A stretch of 63,877 bases of DNA, counting the filler, from Octopus bimaculoides (Eukaryota): NCBI RefSeq assembly GCF_001194135.2. It is 8 parts of 7 records of this genome, joined end to end, with 100 filler letters (N's around TTAATTAATTAA, not from the genome) between each part and the next. Parts side by side here need not be neighbours in the genome. Positions count along the whole stretch, not along the records: positions 41,569 to 48,127 come from NC_069007.1; positions 48,228 to 62,148 come from NC_068990.1; 6 more parts are not named here. One strand, 5' to 3'. Positions 47,527 through 61,555 of the stretch are shown here, one piece after another. The position numbers were made by a program, and so were the translations under genes. The stretch's first letter is position 1. The number at the start of each line of letters is the position of its first letter. The notes beneath the pieces are model-generated. The model was not told where the DNA came from, did no database searches, and saw nothing but the letters and a program-made list of their open reading frames with translations.

Positions 47527-48127
47527 TATATATATATACATACATATGTGTATATATGTGTGTGTATATATATATATATGTATATGTGTGTGTATATATG
47601 TGTGTGTGTGTATATATGTGTGTGTATATATGTGTGTGTATATGTGTGTGTATATGTGTGTGTATATGTGTGTGTATATGTGTGTGTGTATATGTGTGTG
47701 TGTATATATGTGTGTGTGTATATGTGTGTGTGTATATATGTGTGTGTGTATATATGTGTGTGTATATATGTGTGTGTGCATATATGTGTGTATATATATA
47801 TGTGTGTGTGCATATATGTGTGTATATATGTGTGTGTATATATATGTGTGTATATATGTGTGTGTGTGTGTATATATGTGTGTGCATATGTGTGTGTGTG
47901 TATATATGTGTGTGCATATATGTGTGTGTGCATATATATGTGTGTGTGCATATATATGTGTGTGTGTATATATATGTGTGTATATATATGTGTGTGTGTA
48001 TATATGTGTGTGTGTGTGTATATATGTGTGTATGTTTGTATATATAATGTGTGTGTGTATGAATATAAGTGGGTATATAGGTGTGTATATTTGGGTATGT
48101 ATGGAGGTGTATATACCGTCTTTATTT
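47527..48127. repeat. Higher-order (TA)x(TG)y array in the NDPK intron
   Basis: About 530 bp of alternating purine-pyrimidine units of 10-14 bp. Confidence 0.9.
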
Positions 48128-48227
48128 NNNNNNNNNNNNNNNNNNNNNNNNNNNNNNNNNNNNNNNNNNNNTTAATTAATTAANNNNNNNNNNNNNNNNN
48201 NNNNNNNNNNNNNNNNNNNNNNNNNNN
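48128..48227. other. Artificial scaffold-join spacer
   Basis: 44N-TTAATTAATTAA-44N. Confidence 0.95.
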
Positions 48228-48684
48228 ATATATATATATATATATAATTCATATGGTTCAAAATTGTACAAAACACTAATGTGTGTCCATGTGTAAGTAT
48301 ATATTTATACATGTATATGAATATATATATATATATAAATTGTGTAAAATACTATGTATGTGCATATATATATATGGTTCAAAATTGTACAAAATTCTAA
48401 TATGTGTGAGTAAACACGCATTCATAATATAAATATATATATATATATATTTACTGACAATATCAGATGTCATACACCACTGGTCACAATGGATTTCCTT
48501 GCACTATTGTAAGTTTTAATAATACCATTATACTGTCTAGGAGGCCAATATTATGTTTCTGTATATATGCATACATATACACACACACATACACATATGC
48601 ATGTATATATATATATATATAAGAGCAGTATGTACTATGAGTACACCAGAAGTAGATTCTCGCATATGTCCATAAGGAGATTCT

Positions 48685-48800
48685 CGTATAGCTTCTGTTA
48701 CCTAGGAGATGTAATTTTGTTACCTTGGAGATGGTTCCTCCAAAAGTATGACAAGTGGACTTAAAAGGGGTTAGATTCTAGAAGTACACTAAATTAGTGA
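48685..48800 (+). mobile_element. Very old RTE-like LINE fragment
   Basis: SFCYLGDVI followed by a GDGSSKS-like segment parallels DSF.YLG.Q..SGGGCSES in the RTE at ~60805-60865. Confidence 0.4.
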
Positions 48801-50538
48801 CAACAGGACCAACTCAGTATAAGAGGAAGTCTTCTCAGGAATCATGAATTTCCCTGACTTCACTTTGAGAGAAAAAGAATCTGATTGTGTGGGGTCAAAA
48901 GGACAGCTGTGAGATTATTGTATATCCACCTCAAAAAAGCATCAATAACACAACAGTTTTCCTACCTTCTCTCCAACAAGATGTACCCTAGACATGTACA
49001 AAATTTGCAGAAGATATTTATTGCCAAGGTAATTTGTATTAATGAAATGAAAATGAAGAGAAGTAAGTTAGAGTGGCCATGACAAATTGTTAGGCAGTAT
49101 GTTTGACAGCAGTTTTTTTTTCTTTTCTACTGGATATTCTTCCAGCGAACTTTTCAGTGGTCATCTCATACACACAACACACATGTTCATACATAATCTT
49201 ACAGAACACACACACACACACAGTAGTGTGCTGTTTTGAAGACGATCAGGATAGGCAATTCAGACTGTAGATCAGGTTTTACAAGTTAAAGATTTCGTTA
49301 AGATCCGTGAGGCAGAGATCCCGCAACCCCCGGCCTTCCATCGCTGGCTTTTAGACAGGGCCATGGAATTCAAGTTTGTTTCCAATATTTCCTTAGTCCT
49401 GTTTTGTTGAAATCATTTTCCTCCCTGTTGTGATTACCAACATCATCATTAGCAACACAATCAACAGTAGTGTTGGGTTGCTATTATGGTATTTAGTTAC
49501 GTCCCTTTATGTTCTGATATAAAATCCAGTTGTGGTTTTGTTCGTCTTTTACATCTCCAGGGTCAAAAAACAAAAATACCATTCACTTTCATAAACTGCG
49601 ACCTAAAGAAATTACTATGATGTGTATATAAATCCCTTTTTATATTTCTGCATCCCAAGTATTTTTTATACGGCCTTCAACTTCAATCATTTCAGTGTAT
49701 GAAGATAGAAAATAAAAAGTTGCTACCAGGAAAAAATTCTGGTTCAATTCAGTCCATAGAAATTGTCACATGCACCCACACCTCACTGGACCTCTTTCAG
49801 TAACAATGAGAACCTACTTGTAGTTTCAGCAGTAGTGAACGTGCTACCACGGTACTCCAACTTTTATACTCCTCGGGACAATCACACTACAGCCAACGTC
49901 GCTCAATTCATCCAGAGAAGAAAGTAGTGAGAGGACAGTTATTCTATTTCCACTAAGTCGGTTCCTCCAGCACTACCTTGCCATTGATGGTGAAAACAAA
50001 CTAAATAACACTCGACTCACAGTTTTTACTTCTTTTTAATATACCCGCTCATCGGTTCTATTTCGTAGGAATAATCTGCCTCAGTAAGAGCCTCGCTAAA
50101 TAATAGACAGTAAGGGGTGGTGGAACTGTGCTGTGGCTATAGCACTGAAAATGTTTTTGGTGTTGCTGTTGGCCAGTTGTGGGTGTGAGTGTAGATTGAC
50201 TGGGAACCGGTATTGCTGCAGTTGTGAGTAGTAGTCAGCACTAGGATGGTTGCTGAAGCGTTTGTGTGTGAGGTAGGTAAGACAATGGGTTACACAGACG
50301 AACATTTTATAGTTGGCTGGGATTGGGAAAAAAAAAACAACACAATCATTAAACAAAAGACGGTTAATATTTAGTAAAAGAACTGCTACCGTAGTGCTGG
50401 AATAAATAAATGGTTTACTGTAATGGTTAGCAAATTTTTTTTTACATTCTGGGTTCGAATTCCAACGGAATGTTATTTTGCCTTTCATCTTCAGAATGAT
50501 TCACTCGACTATATCCATCTGCTGTAGAGTAGTACTAC

Positions 50539-50574
<36 letters not shown>

Positions 50575-50576
<2 letters not shown>

Positions 50577-50765
50577 AGACTAGCAGAATCGTTAGAGCGT
50601 CAAATAAAATATCATGTAGTATATGTTCTGGCTTTTTTACGGTCTAAGTTCAAATCCCGCCAAGGTCAACTTGGCCTTTCGTCCCCACCGAGGTCGATAA
50701 TATAAAATACCAGTCCAGTAATGAAGTCGATTTTTCCCCATCGAATTTGCTGACCTTGTGCCTAA
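50575..50765 (+). mobile_element. SINE family A preceded by an A32 run
   Basis: Homology to the other copies. Further degenerate pieces at ~49480-49570, ~50430-50490 and ~51200-51360 (-). Confidence 0.75.
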
Positions 50766-51881
50766 ATACATATAAAAAATTTTTTTAAAAAAACCTACAC
50801 CTTTTAGCGAGCGCCAGCATATAAGCTCCCGGCCATCGAAATCTGCGACATGGTGTTCAAAGGAATTTCAATTCTCTTAAATCGTTAATGACACTTAAAA
50901 TGGCATGAAGGTCACATCGAAGACATCTCCCCATCTCCCAATCCTGGTACCTAAGTAAGAAATCCTTATTTGTAGCGAGAGCCGTTTGGTAGGAGATAAA
51001 TTCACATCGATCGCGCCGGTGTGGCGGTTTTCGATTCTCAGTTGTAATCATCTCGAGTTCACTTAACTGAATATAAACATCAAACTACTTTCATTTCTCT
51101 TCAACATTATGTTCCCTTCAGGCTCCGCAACAGTGTGACAAATATTGTTTTCTTTATATAGACACACGGTTCAATTGCTAGAAATAGTCATAATCCATCG
51201 GATAGGCCTCAGTACTGAACTGGATTATATTTTATCGATAAAAGAAGGATGAAGGATTGAAGGTAAAGTCGACTGAGGTTGGGTATGAATTCAATGAGTA
51301 AAACATAGAGAACTACCTACTGCAAGGCATTTATTTTACCCATCACACTATTTATTCTGCTAATGAAATGAAAATTAAGAGCCGGAGACTCGGTCAAAGT
51401 GTTAGAGCAACGGACTCAAGCAATGATATACACTATTTAGTTTCTAACTTCAGAGACCTGAAATCAAATCCCATCGAGTGGAATTTATTGTCACCTTAAA
51501 ATATAGTGTATCAACCCAACAGAAATTCTCACAGTGGGCAAGTATAAAGAAATGAATGAAGAAAAAAAAAAACAGGCCACAAAATTGGAATGCAACAGTT
51601 GCAATATACATTAAAACACAGTTAAATAATTTAACATTTAAAATCATATAGCTACAAGTTACAAGGAATGTATATATGTATGTATATATACACTTTGAGG
51701 GATGCGTGTGGATAATACAAAATACATACATAAATACACACGGACACACACACATATATATATGTATGTATGTATGTACACAAGTATATTTATATAAACA
51801 TGAATTCATATACAATTTGTAAAAGAATATATACAAAAATATAAAAGCATATGTACACATCCGCGCACAAATATACTCTCA

Positions 51882-51921
<40 letters not shown>

Positions 51922-52828
51922 GAAATTGTATGATGTGTTCTCAGAGCAGATGTTGACGGGAAGTTATATATAAATATATATATATACATACATACGCACA
52001 CACATATTATACTCAATGCAAATTAGAAAGAAAAAGGGTGTGTGCATGCGTGTGTGCTGTAACAGAATTTTTAATAAAAGGGAGGTTCCAACAACGCTGT
52101 CTATATATGTGAATGTGCGCGTGTGTCTATATATGTATATGTATGTTTACAACTATTGTTATTCGCTGACACATACGTAGAGAGAGATATTAAATTTTCT
52201 ATAATGTACTCGATATTAATAATTGGAGGCGGAGGAGGAGGAGGAGGAGAAAACGACAGCGGGGGAGGGGGTAGGAAAAAAGAAGGAATGGGAGTGATTA
52301 AAATAAACGTCGTTATAGAGACACGGAGCGAGAGGGAGAGTAAGAGGAAAAGGGAGAAGAATGAAAGTTAAAAAGATGAAGAGAGGGAGGGGAATTGTAA
52401 TATCAGAATCACTGGAGAGAGAGAGAGAGAGAGAGAAGAAAAATTGAAAATATATATAAAAAAATAAATAAAAAAGGGAGGTCTCATTTCGCTGAGAAAC
52501 ACACAGACACACACACACACACAAGCATAAACACACAGATACATACAAAATTCCAAATAAGTGCCCACTCCCCTACACATACAGCGGAGTTTTAGTCCAA
52601 TGATATTTATTTTTAGTGCCTACTGTATTAAAATCTATATAACACAGGTGGACAACACCCTAAATTTTTAATTCAGAAACTCAAATAACAAAAAGGATTC
52701 GTGGAATTAAGTTCAACTAAACTGAAGACAGTGTGTGAGAGATTTTTAGAGTTTATTTTCTGGGGGCTTCAATTTTTTTTTTATCCGAGCCCCTATCTAA
52801 CAAGGGTCTTTTCCCCACGATTCTCTCT

Positions 52829-52885
<57 letters not shown>

Positions 52886-54240
52886 AATATATATTCCTCG
52901 CAGCCTTCAGTTATACATTATTTAGTAATAGTCTAACGTTAAAAATCAATATTCTCTATACATATGTATATTTCAAATCAAAATTTCCTATACATATTGT
53001 ATATTAAAAAAAAGCATTCAGATCTTAAAAGTACATTATAATCAGGAGAATAGCAGAAATAGAAAATATCTTTGTTATATTTCAATTATAATTTTGCCCA
53101 GAAGACGTTTAAAATGTTCGTTGTTTTTTGACTGAAGGGGATGAAAAAAGGTATTCATAAACAGAGAAAGAAAAAAAATGTTGACATTTATGAGGATTCA
53201 TCGTCCTCTACAGGTTTGCTGAAATAACACTCATCTGTGGATACACACGCACGAAGTCCGAATTTGATAAGCATTTAAAAAAATTATATAGTGAATGGAT
53301 TATTGCTGTTAACATCTACAGTAAAAAATGAATAACTAACCTTCTAAAGCGACGGTGGACAACATCGGAGTTACAACAATGAGGGGGAAATTATAGCAAC
53401 AAGTGAGTGATGCTGAAATTTAAACACAAAAAAGAACGGAAGGTGCGTATAAGTGTGCATATATACATATAAATAAAGATACATACATCAGATATATATA
53501 TGTATATATATATATATATATCTCGAATGTATGCGTGTGTGCGAAAAGTACCTCATCGCCAATGAGATCCGAGCCTAGGTATGTGTGCTGCTGATGTGTG
53601 TGTATATTGTATAATATAAAAGTATATATATATATATACATATATATATGTATATATATACACATGTAAACACACCTGTATACATACGTACCATAAATTC
53701 CGTTATAAAAAATATATTAACACAGTTCCATACATATGCACTCTTATACTGTTATACATTTAAATAACCAAGAAGATATATATGTAAAGCTGATGAAGAA
53801 AATGCATTTCTCTAATGGATACCATACTGACCCCAAAATGTTCCTAAAACTGGACACTGACTTGCAGCTTAAGCCACAATAACGGATTAGCTGGGATAAT
53901 ACACATTTTTTTTTCTCTCTTGGTAAGAAGAAATTATATATATTTCCTTCGATATATTTTCACCTTGGAATTTTACATTTCTTTCTTTCTTATGTTCGCT
54001 TTTTCATTCCTTCATTTCGTTCGTACTAAAAGAACCAATATAATTGTTGTATATCTAGTTACTGCTTTCATTTTGTTTTCCTCCGTCCGTCTTTCTCTCA
54101 CTCGCTCGCTCGCTCACTCACTCACTCTGTATCCTTCCCATTCATTCTCTCTCTCTCTCTCTCTCGCACTCTCGTTTGTATGACTTAAAAAATATATCAG
54201 TGATAATATATTAGAAAATACATACTTAGCTTCATATACC

Positions 54241-54284
<44 letters not shown>

Positions 54285-56639
54285 NNNNNNNNNNNNNNNN
54301 NNNNNNNNNNNNNNNNNNNNNNNNNNNNNNNNNNNNNNNNNNNNNNNNNNNNNNNNNNNNNNNNNNNNNNNNNNNNNNNNNNNNNNNNNNNNNNNNNNNN
54401 NNNNNNNNNNNNNNNNNNNNNNNNNNNNNNNNNNNNNNNNNNNNNNNNNNNNNNNNNNNNNNNNNNNNNNNNNNNNNNNNNNNNNNNNNNNNNNNNNNNN
54501 NNNNNNNNNNNNNNNNNNNNNNNNNNNNNNNNNNNNNNNNNNNNNNNNNNNNNNNNNNNNNNNNNNNNNNNNNNNNNNNNNNNNNNNNNNNNNNNNNNNN
54601 NNNNNNNNNNNNNNNNNNNNNNNNNNNNNNNNNNNNNNNNNNNNNNNNNNNNNNNNNNNNNNNNNNNNNNNNNNNNNNNNNNNNNNNNNNNNNNNNNNNN
54701 NNNNNNNNNNNNNNNNNNNNNNNNNNNNNNNNNNNNNNNNNNNNNNNNNNNNNNNNNNNNNNNNNNNNNNNNNNNNNNNNNNNNNNNNNNNNNNNNNNNN
54801 NNNNNNNNNNNNNNNNNNNNNNNNNNNNNNNNNNNNNNNNNNNNNNNNNNNNNNNNNNNNNNNNNNNNNNNNNNNNNNNNNNNNNNNNNNNNNNNNNNNN
54901 NNNNNNNNNNNNNNNNNNNNNNNNNNNNNNNNNNNNNNNNNNNNNNNNNNNNNNNNNNNNNNNNNNNNNNNNNNNNNNNNNNNNNNNNNNNNNNNNNNNN
55001 NNNNNNNNNNNNNNNNNNNNNNNNNNNNNNNNNNNNNNNNNNNNNNNNNNNNNNNNNNNNNNNNNNNNNNNNNNNNNNNNNNNNNNNNNNNNNNNNNNNN
55101 NNNNNNNNNNNNNNNNNNNNNNNNNNNNNNNNNNNNNNNNNNNNNNNNNNNNNNNNNNNNNNNNNNNNNNNNNNNNNNNNNNNNNNNNNNNNNNNNNNNN
55201 NNNNNNNNNNNNNNNNNNNNNNNNNNNNNNNNNNNNNNNNNNNNNNNNNNNNNNNNNNNTATATATATATATATATGCTTATATTCACGCACGCATACAC
55301 ACACCACATACATATGTCTTATAGAATTGGGAATTATTTGGAGCGAAAAATTCGTAATTACTGCGAATGTACAAGTTCTTAAGCTTCGTAGAAAACGAAA
55401 GCAAGAAAAAAACTGAGGAGCTGTTTGTCCCCCCCAAACATACACGCTTACACTTTCTAATCTATCAGTTTTTGACTTCTTCATTTCGAAACTTTCATCA
55501 GAATAGTGTTGAGCATATTTTTAAAGAATCATCATCTTAGATATATTTAAAAGCAAATTTCTGCAAAGTCTTTTTTCAAGAGGAACTCAAACTGAAAAAA
55601 AATCGAGAAAAAGGGAGATACAATCCACCCCATTCATTTTCTTTCTTTTCATTACTGCAATCTAGAATGCTTAAAATATATATACGTCCGAAGAAATTAC
55701 GGTATTTAGCTTTCTCCACATATACCGTCCATCTGTATCGTATAAGGCCCATTTTCACGCACTCACATTTATGGATAACAAGCATTTCCTAGGTATACAT
55801 TTGTTTTCATCTAAACGTATACACGCGTATGTATGTATTTCTTATACATACTCTTATATATATATATGTATCTATACGAATACACACACACACACGTATA
55901 TACATGTATATAGGTATAATCATCTATATGTATGTATAATATGTACGTAATGACTATCGCTAGAATCAGCGCAACTTATTTCTGTATATACGTTATATAA
56001 AAATCTTATTGTATGTGACAAAGAAAGAATAAAAATGGTTTTCCATCTCTTTTTAACTCGCCATATGGAACGAGATCTCTCTCATAGGATAGGGAATGAT
56101 ACGTTAAGGTTATGTGTTAAATATAATTTACATATTGGCAGAAATCTTGAACCGATATCGTTTGCTTGTGGATAGCTCCAGAAGTGACTGTAACCGACGT
56201 AAAGACTATTGTCCGCAGAACCAAGTCGGGGCAGATCGAGCAGGCCATTCGATAAAAACAATACTAGTCGTGACATGCCGACTTTGTCGAGCACAGTACA
56301 CCAAACTATCGGGTGTGTTCCTTCTAAAGACGCAAGTGTGTGATTCCAGGAATGTTGCAATAAGTAGTGTGTGTGTGTGTGTGTGAGACAAAGGATGAGC
56401 GTATTGATGTAGAAGCATCAGCGCTGTTCCAAGCACACACGCATTCTAAGACATCTCAAGCACGAAGAGCAGAGCAAAAATTTGTTTCTCCTAACTATGC
56501 ACGTGCAAATATTATGTGATTTTTCTCTCTCCTCCCTTTCATACACACACACGCACTTTGTATCAGAATCGATAGTCAAAAGCGAATGTACGCTTAATAC
56601 GCACACACACACAAAGCCAAGATGTAAATACGTGCGTGT

Positions 56640-58455
56640 TTTTTATATTATAATTATATATACATATACGAATATATGCATATGTATAGATGTATGTATA
56701 TACATACATACACACATATATATATATTTATATATATGTATATATATCTATATTTATATATTTGTATATATGTATATATATAAATATATATATATATGTG
56801 TGTGTATATGTATATATATATGTATATATATATAAAGATGTATCTACATGTATATATATATATGTAAATATATATATGAATATAAGTGTATATGTGTACA
56901 TGTATATAGATATATATATATATATATGTATATATGCATATATATCTTATATATATATGTATATATATCTTATATATATATGTATATACACATGCATATA
57001 TATATGTATATATATCTTATATATATATGTATATACACATGCATATATACGTATATATATGTGTGTATATGTATAAGTATACATGTATGGATAAGTATAT
57101 ATATATGCATATATCTATGTATATAAGTGTATATATTTATGCATNNNNNNNNNNNNNNNNNNNNNNNNNNNNNNNNNNNNNNNNNNNNNNNNNNNNNNNN
57201 NNNNNNNNNNNNNNNNNNNNNNNNNNNNNNNNNNNNNNNNNNNNNNNNNNNNNNNNNNNNNNNNNNNNNNNNNNNNNNNNNNNNNNNNNNNNNNNNNNNN
57301 NNNNNNNNNNNNNNNNNNNNNNNNNNNNNNNNNNNNNNNNNNNNNNNNNNNNNNNNNNNNNNNNNNNNNNNNNNNNNNNNNNNNNNNNNNNNNNNNNNNN
57401 NNNNNNNNNNNNNNNNNNNNNNNNNNNNNNNNNNNNNNNNNNNNNNNNNNNNNNNNNNNNNNNNNNNNNNNNNNNNNNNNNNNNNNNNNNNNNNNNNNNN
57501 NNNNNNNNNNNNNNNNNNNNNNNNNNNNNNNNNNNNNNNNNNNNNNNNNNNNNNNNNNNNNNNNNNNNNNNNNNNNNNNNNNNNNNNNNNNNNNNNNNNN
57601 NNNNNNNNNNNNNNNNNNNNNNNNNNNNNNNNNNNNNNNNNNNNNNNNNNNNNNNNNNNNNNNNNNNNNNNNNNNNNNNNNNNNNNNNNNNNNNNNNNNN
57701 NNNNNNNNNNNNNNNNNNNNNNNNNNNTGTATATATATACATGTAAATATGTGTAGGTAGGTGGATATGTTTGTGTATATATATGTACAAATATATGAGT
57801 ATAGGTGTATATAAATTTATGTACATGTGTACACATATATGTACACATGTGCGTATATATACATGTATATATACATGTATATATGCATATATATATACAT
57901 GTATATATATGCATGTATATATACATATGTACATATAGATATATATATTTATGTATATATATATATATATATATGCATATATACGTGTATGTATATATTT
58001 ATTATGTATATATATGTATATGTATGTATGTATACATATATGTACGTATATTTGTATGTATGTATATGTGTATGTATATATGTATATATATATGTATATA
58101 TATATATAGAGACATGTATGTATATATAAATATGTATTCATATGTAAATATGAATGCATATGTAAATATGTATGCATATCTATATATGTATATTATATAT
58201 ATATGTGTATATATGAACATATATATATATACACATGTATATATATGTATATATATGTATGTATATATGTATATATAAACATGTATGTATATATGTATAT
58301 ATAANNNNNNNNNNNNNNNNNNNNNNNNNNNNNNNNNNNNNNNNNNNNNNNNNNNNNNNNNNNNNNNNNNNNNNNNNNNNNNNNNNNNNNNNNNNNNNNN
58401 NNNNATATATATATATATATATATGTATATGCATATGTATATATATATATATATG
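56640..58455. repeat. Mosaic (TA)/(TG)/(TATG) low-complexity array spanning two gaps
   Basis: Directly visible. Confidence 0.9.
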
Positions 58456-58995
58456 TATAAGCTCGCAAGGAATGAAGCCAGTATGCTCCGATGGATGTGT
58501 GATGTCATTGTGCATACTAGACAGAGTGTAAGTACCTTGAGAGAAAAGTTGAACCTAAGAAGCATTAGTTGTGGTGTGCAAGAGAGATGATTGCGCTGGT
58601 ATGGTCATGTGGCGAGAATGGATGAGGATAGATGTGTGAAAATGTGCCACACCCTATCAGTTTTAGGGAACCTGTGTATGAGTTTGGCCCAGGAAGACCT
58701 GGGATGAGGTGATGAGGCACGACCTTCGAACATTGGGCTTCACCGAGGCAATGACTTTCGACCCAGATCTTTGGAAATATGATGTGTGTGAGAAGACCCA
58801 GCAAGCTAAGTGAGACCTAAATCCAGGGCCTCTGCCAGGGTTGTAACCAGACCACTTATGCATACCTTTCCTACATAAGACACTAAACTCCGCTTGCGAA
58901 GACCTGTTGAGGCAAGTGAAATCGAAATCAAACTAAATTCGATGACTGGCACCCATGCCAACATTGTCTCCTTCATTGGACACTAAACTCGGCTT
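58456..58995 (+). mobile_element. 3' end and 3' UTR of an RTE-clade LINE
   Basis: KLARNEASMLRWMCDV...VSTLREKL...[27 protein letters not shown]-like. The UTR holds two ~45-bp copies of ACACTAAACTC.GCTTG.GAAGA.CTGTTG.GGCAAG. Same family as 60375-61310. Confidence 0.85.
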
Positions 58996-59082
58996 GTGAA
59001 GATCTGTTGGGGCAAGCCATTTTGTATAAAATGGCTGATCGTTAGTAAGGAGGGACATACAAATAAGAAAGAAGAAAGCAAA

Positions 59083-59125
59083 GGATCACTGATGAGGTCA
59101 TAGGAGTGTGACGAAAAGAACTCTA
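59083..59125 (+). ncRNA. Partial hammerhead-like motif
   Basis: GGATCA-CTGATGA-G-GTCA(taggagtg)TGAC-GAAA has an intact core and stem II. Stems I and III do not close cleanly. Confidence 0.35.
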
Positions 59126-59279
59126 GCCGAAATACGATTAATGTAATATAGAGTTGAAGCAAATTAACACCAAATATATTGTGCAAGTGTTTTTATTGGC
59201 TAAACTGGCAACATAACCATCCCCAAATACAACAATATTTCACATCAAGAATCTTGCAAAACAGGTATAAAAACGGAAC

Positions 59280-59317
<38 letters not shown>

Positions 59318-60374
59318 NNNNNNNNNNNNNNNNNNNNNNNNNNNNNNNNNNNNNNNNNNNNNNNNNNNNNNNNNNNNNNNNNNNNNNNNNNNNNNNNNNN
59401 NNNNNNNNNNNNNNNNNNNNNNNNNNNNNNNNNNNNNNNNNNNNNNNNNNNNNNNNNNNNNNNNNNNNNNNNNNNNNNNNNNNNNNNNNNNNNNNNNNNN
59501 NNNNNNNNNNNNNNNNNNNNNNNNNNNNNNNNNNNNNNNNNNNNNNNNNNNNNNNNNNNNNNNNNNNNNNNNNNNNNNNNNNNNNNNNNNNNNNNNNNNN
59601 NNNNNNNNNNNNNNNNNNNNNNNNNNNNNNNNNNNNNNNNNNNNNNNNNNNNNNNNNNNNNNNNNNNNNNNNNNNNNNNNNNNNNNNNNNNNNNNNNNNN
59701 NNNNNNNNNNNNNNNNNNNNNNNNNNNNNNNNNNNNNNNNNNNNNNNNNNNNNNNNNNNNNNNNNNNNNNNNNNNNNNNNNNNNNNNNNNNNNNNNNNNN
59801 NNNNNNNNNNNNNNNNNNNNNNNNNNNNNNNNNNNNNNNNNNNNNNNNNNNNNNNNNNNNNNNNNNNNNNNNNNNNNNNNNNNNNNNNNNNNNNNNNNNN
59901 NNNNNNNNNNNNNNNNNNNNNNNNNNNNNNNNNNNNNNNNNNNNNNNNNNNNNNNNNNNNNNNNNNNNNNNNNNNNNNNNNNNNNNNNNNNNNNNNNNNN
60001 NNNNNNNNNNNNNNNNNNNNNNNNNNNNNNNNNNNNNNNNNNNNNNNNNNNNNNNNNNNNNNNNNNNNNNNNNNNNNNNNNNNNNNNNNNNNNNNNNNNN
60101 NNNNNNNNNNNNNNNNNNNNNNNNNNNNNNNNNNNNNNNNNNNNNNNNNNNNNNNNNNNNNNNNNNNTATATATATATATATATAAATACATATATATAT
60201 ATATAGATAAGAACTGTTGTGCTTACAAACACAGACACACAAATACAGAAATACACATACATATATATAATTATTTGTATATTCATATATGTACATGTGC
60301 ATGAGTGTATATATATTTCATATATATATATATATATATATACATATATTCATACATATATATCAGTTCTCAGC

Positions 60375-61310
60375 CTCCTCTTATTCATCATAATCTTCCA
60401 GGCAATAACAGAGGAATTCAAGACAGGTTGCCCCTGGGAGCTCCTCTATACTGATGACTTGGCCCTCGTAGCAGAATCCTTACTGGAACTTGAGAAGAAA
60501 TTTTAGGAATGGAAGCAAGGTTTAGAATGGAAGTGCCTTAGTGTTAATGTCGCAAAGACCACTGTTCTAGTAAGTAGAACATCCCATCAGGTAGATGGCC
60601 CTGCTCAATCTGTAGAAAAGGTGTAGGTAGAAACTCCATAAGATGTACCCTCTGTAAGCTATGGACACATAAGAGGTGTAGCAACATCAAAGGAAGATTA
60701 ACCAGGAAGATAGCTTTCGTGTGTGGGAGATGCACAGGGGCAATAAACACCACAGTTGCTCAGAAAACAGATTCCATCACATTCCAGGGGGAGAAACTAC
60801 AGGTAGTTGATAGCTTCCGCTAGCTAGGTAACCAAGTCTGAAGTGGGGGTGGATGCTCAGAAAGTATTACCACTAGAATAAGAATAGCCTGGGCAGAGTT
60901 CAGAAAGCTTCTACCCCTACTAGTGACAAAGGGCCTCCCACTCAGAGTGAAAGCTATATTGTACCATGCATGTGTGTGAACCGCTATGTTTCATGCAGTG
61001 AAACATGGGCCGTGACTGCTGACGACATGCGTAGGCTTGAAAGAAATTAAACTAGCATGATCCACTGGATATGTAGTGTCAGTGTGCACACACGACAGAG
61101 TGTAAGTGCCCTGAGAGAAATGTTGGACATCAGAAGCATCAGATGTGGCATGGAAGAGAGACGTTTGTGTTGGTATGGTCATGTACTATGGATGGATGAG
61201 GAGAGCTGTGTGAAGTAGTGCCACTCCCAAACAGTGGAAGGAATCCGGAGTAGAGGGAGACCCAGGAAGACCTGGGATGAGGTGATGACCTTCGAATGTT
61301 GAGTCTCAGA
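60375..61310 (+). mobile_element. RTE-clade LINE, 3' half of RT with an internal C4HC3 zinc finger
   Basis: FQAITEEFKTGCPWELLYTDDL (YADD variant), CSICRKGVGRNSIRCTLCKLWTHKRCS...[49 protein letters not shown]. Several stops. Confidence 0.88.
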
Positions 61311-61477
61311 GATGCAATATATAGATCCATGTGTGTGTGAGTGTATATATATATATATATATATATATGCATGTGTATACATATATATATATATATATGC
61401 ATGTATATACATACATATATATGCATATATATATATGCATGTATATATATATAAATATATATATATGCATGTATAAG

Positions 61478-61514
<37 letters not shown>

Positions 61515-61555
61515 GTATATGTATGTATATATATGTATATAGCACGACTATATAG

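Noticed and set aside
55470-55505. Minus-strand CTGATGA-AAGTTTC-GAAAT
   Set aside because: Essentially no stem II and no stem I/III pairing; compatible with chance in AT-rich DNA.
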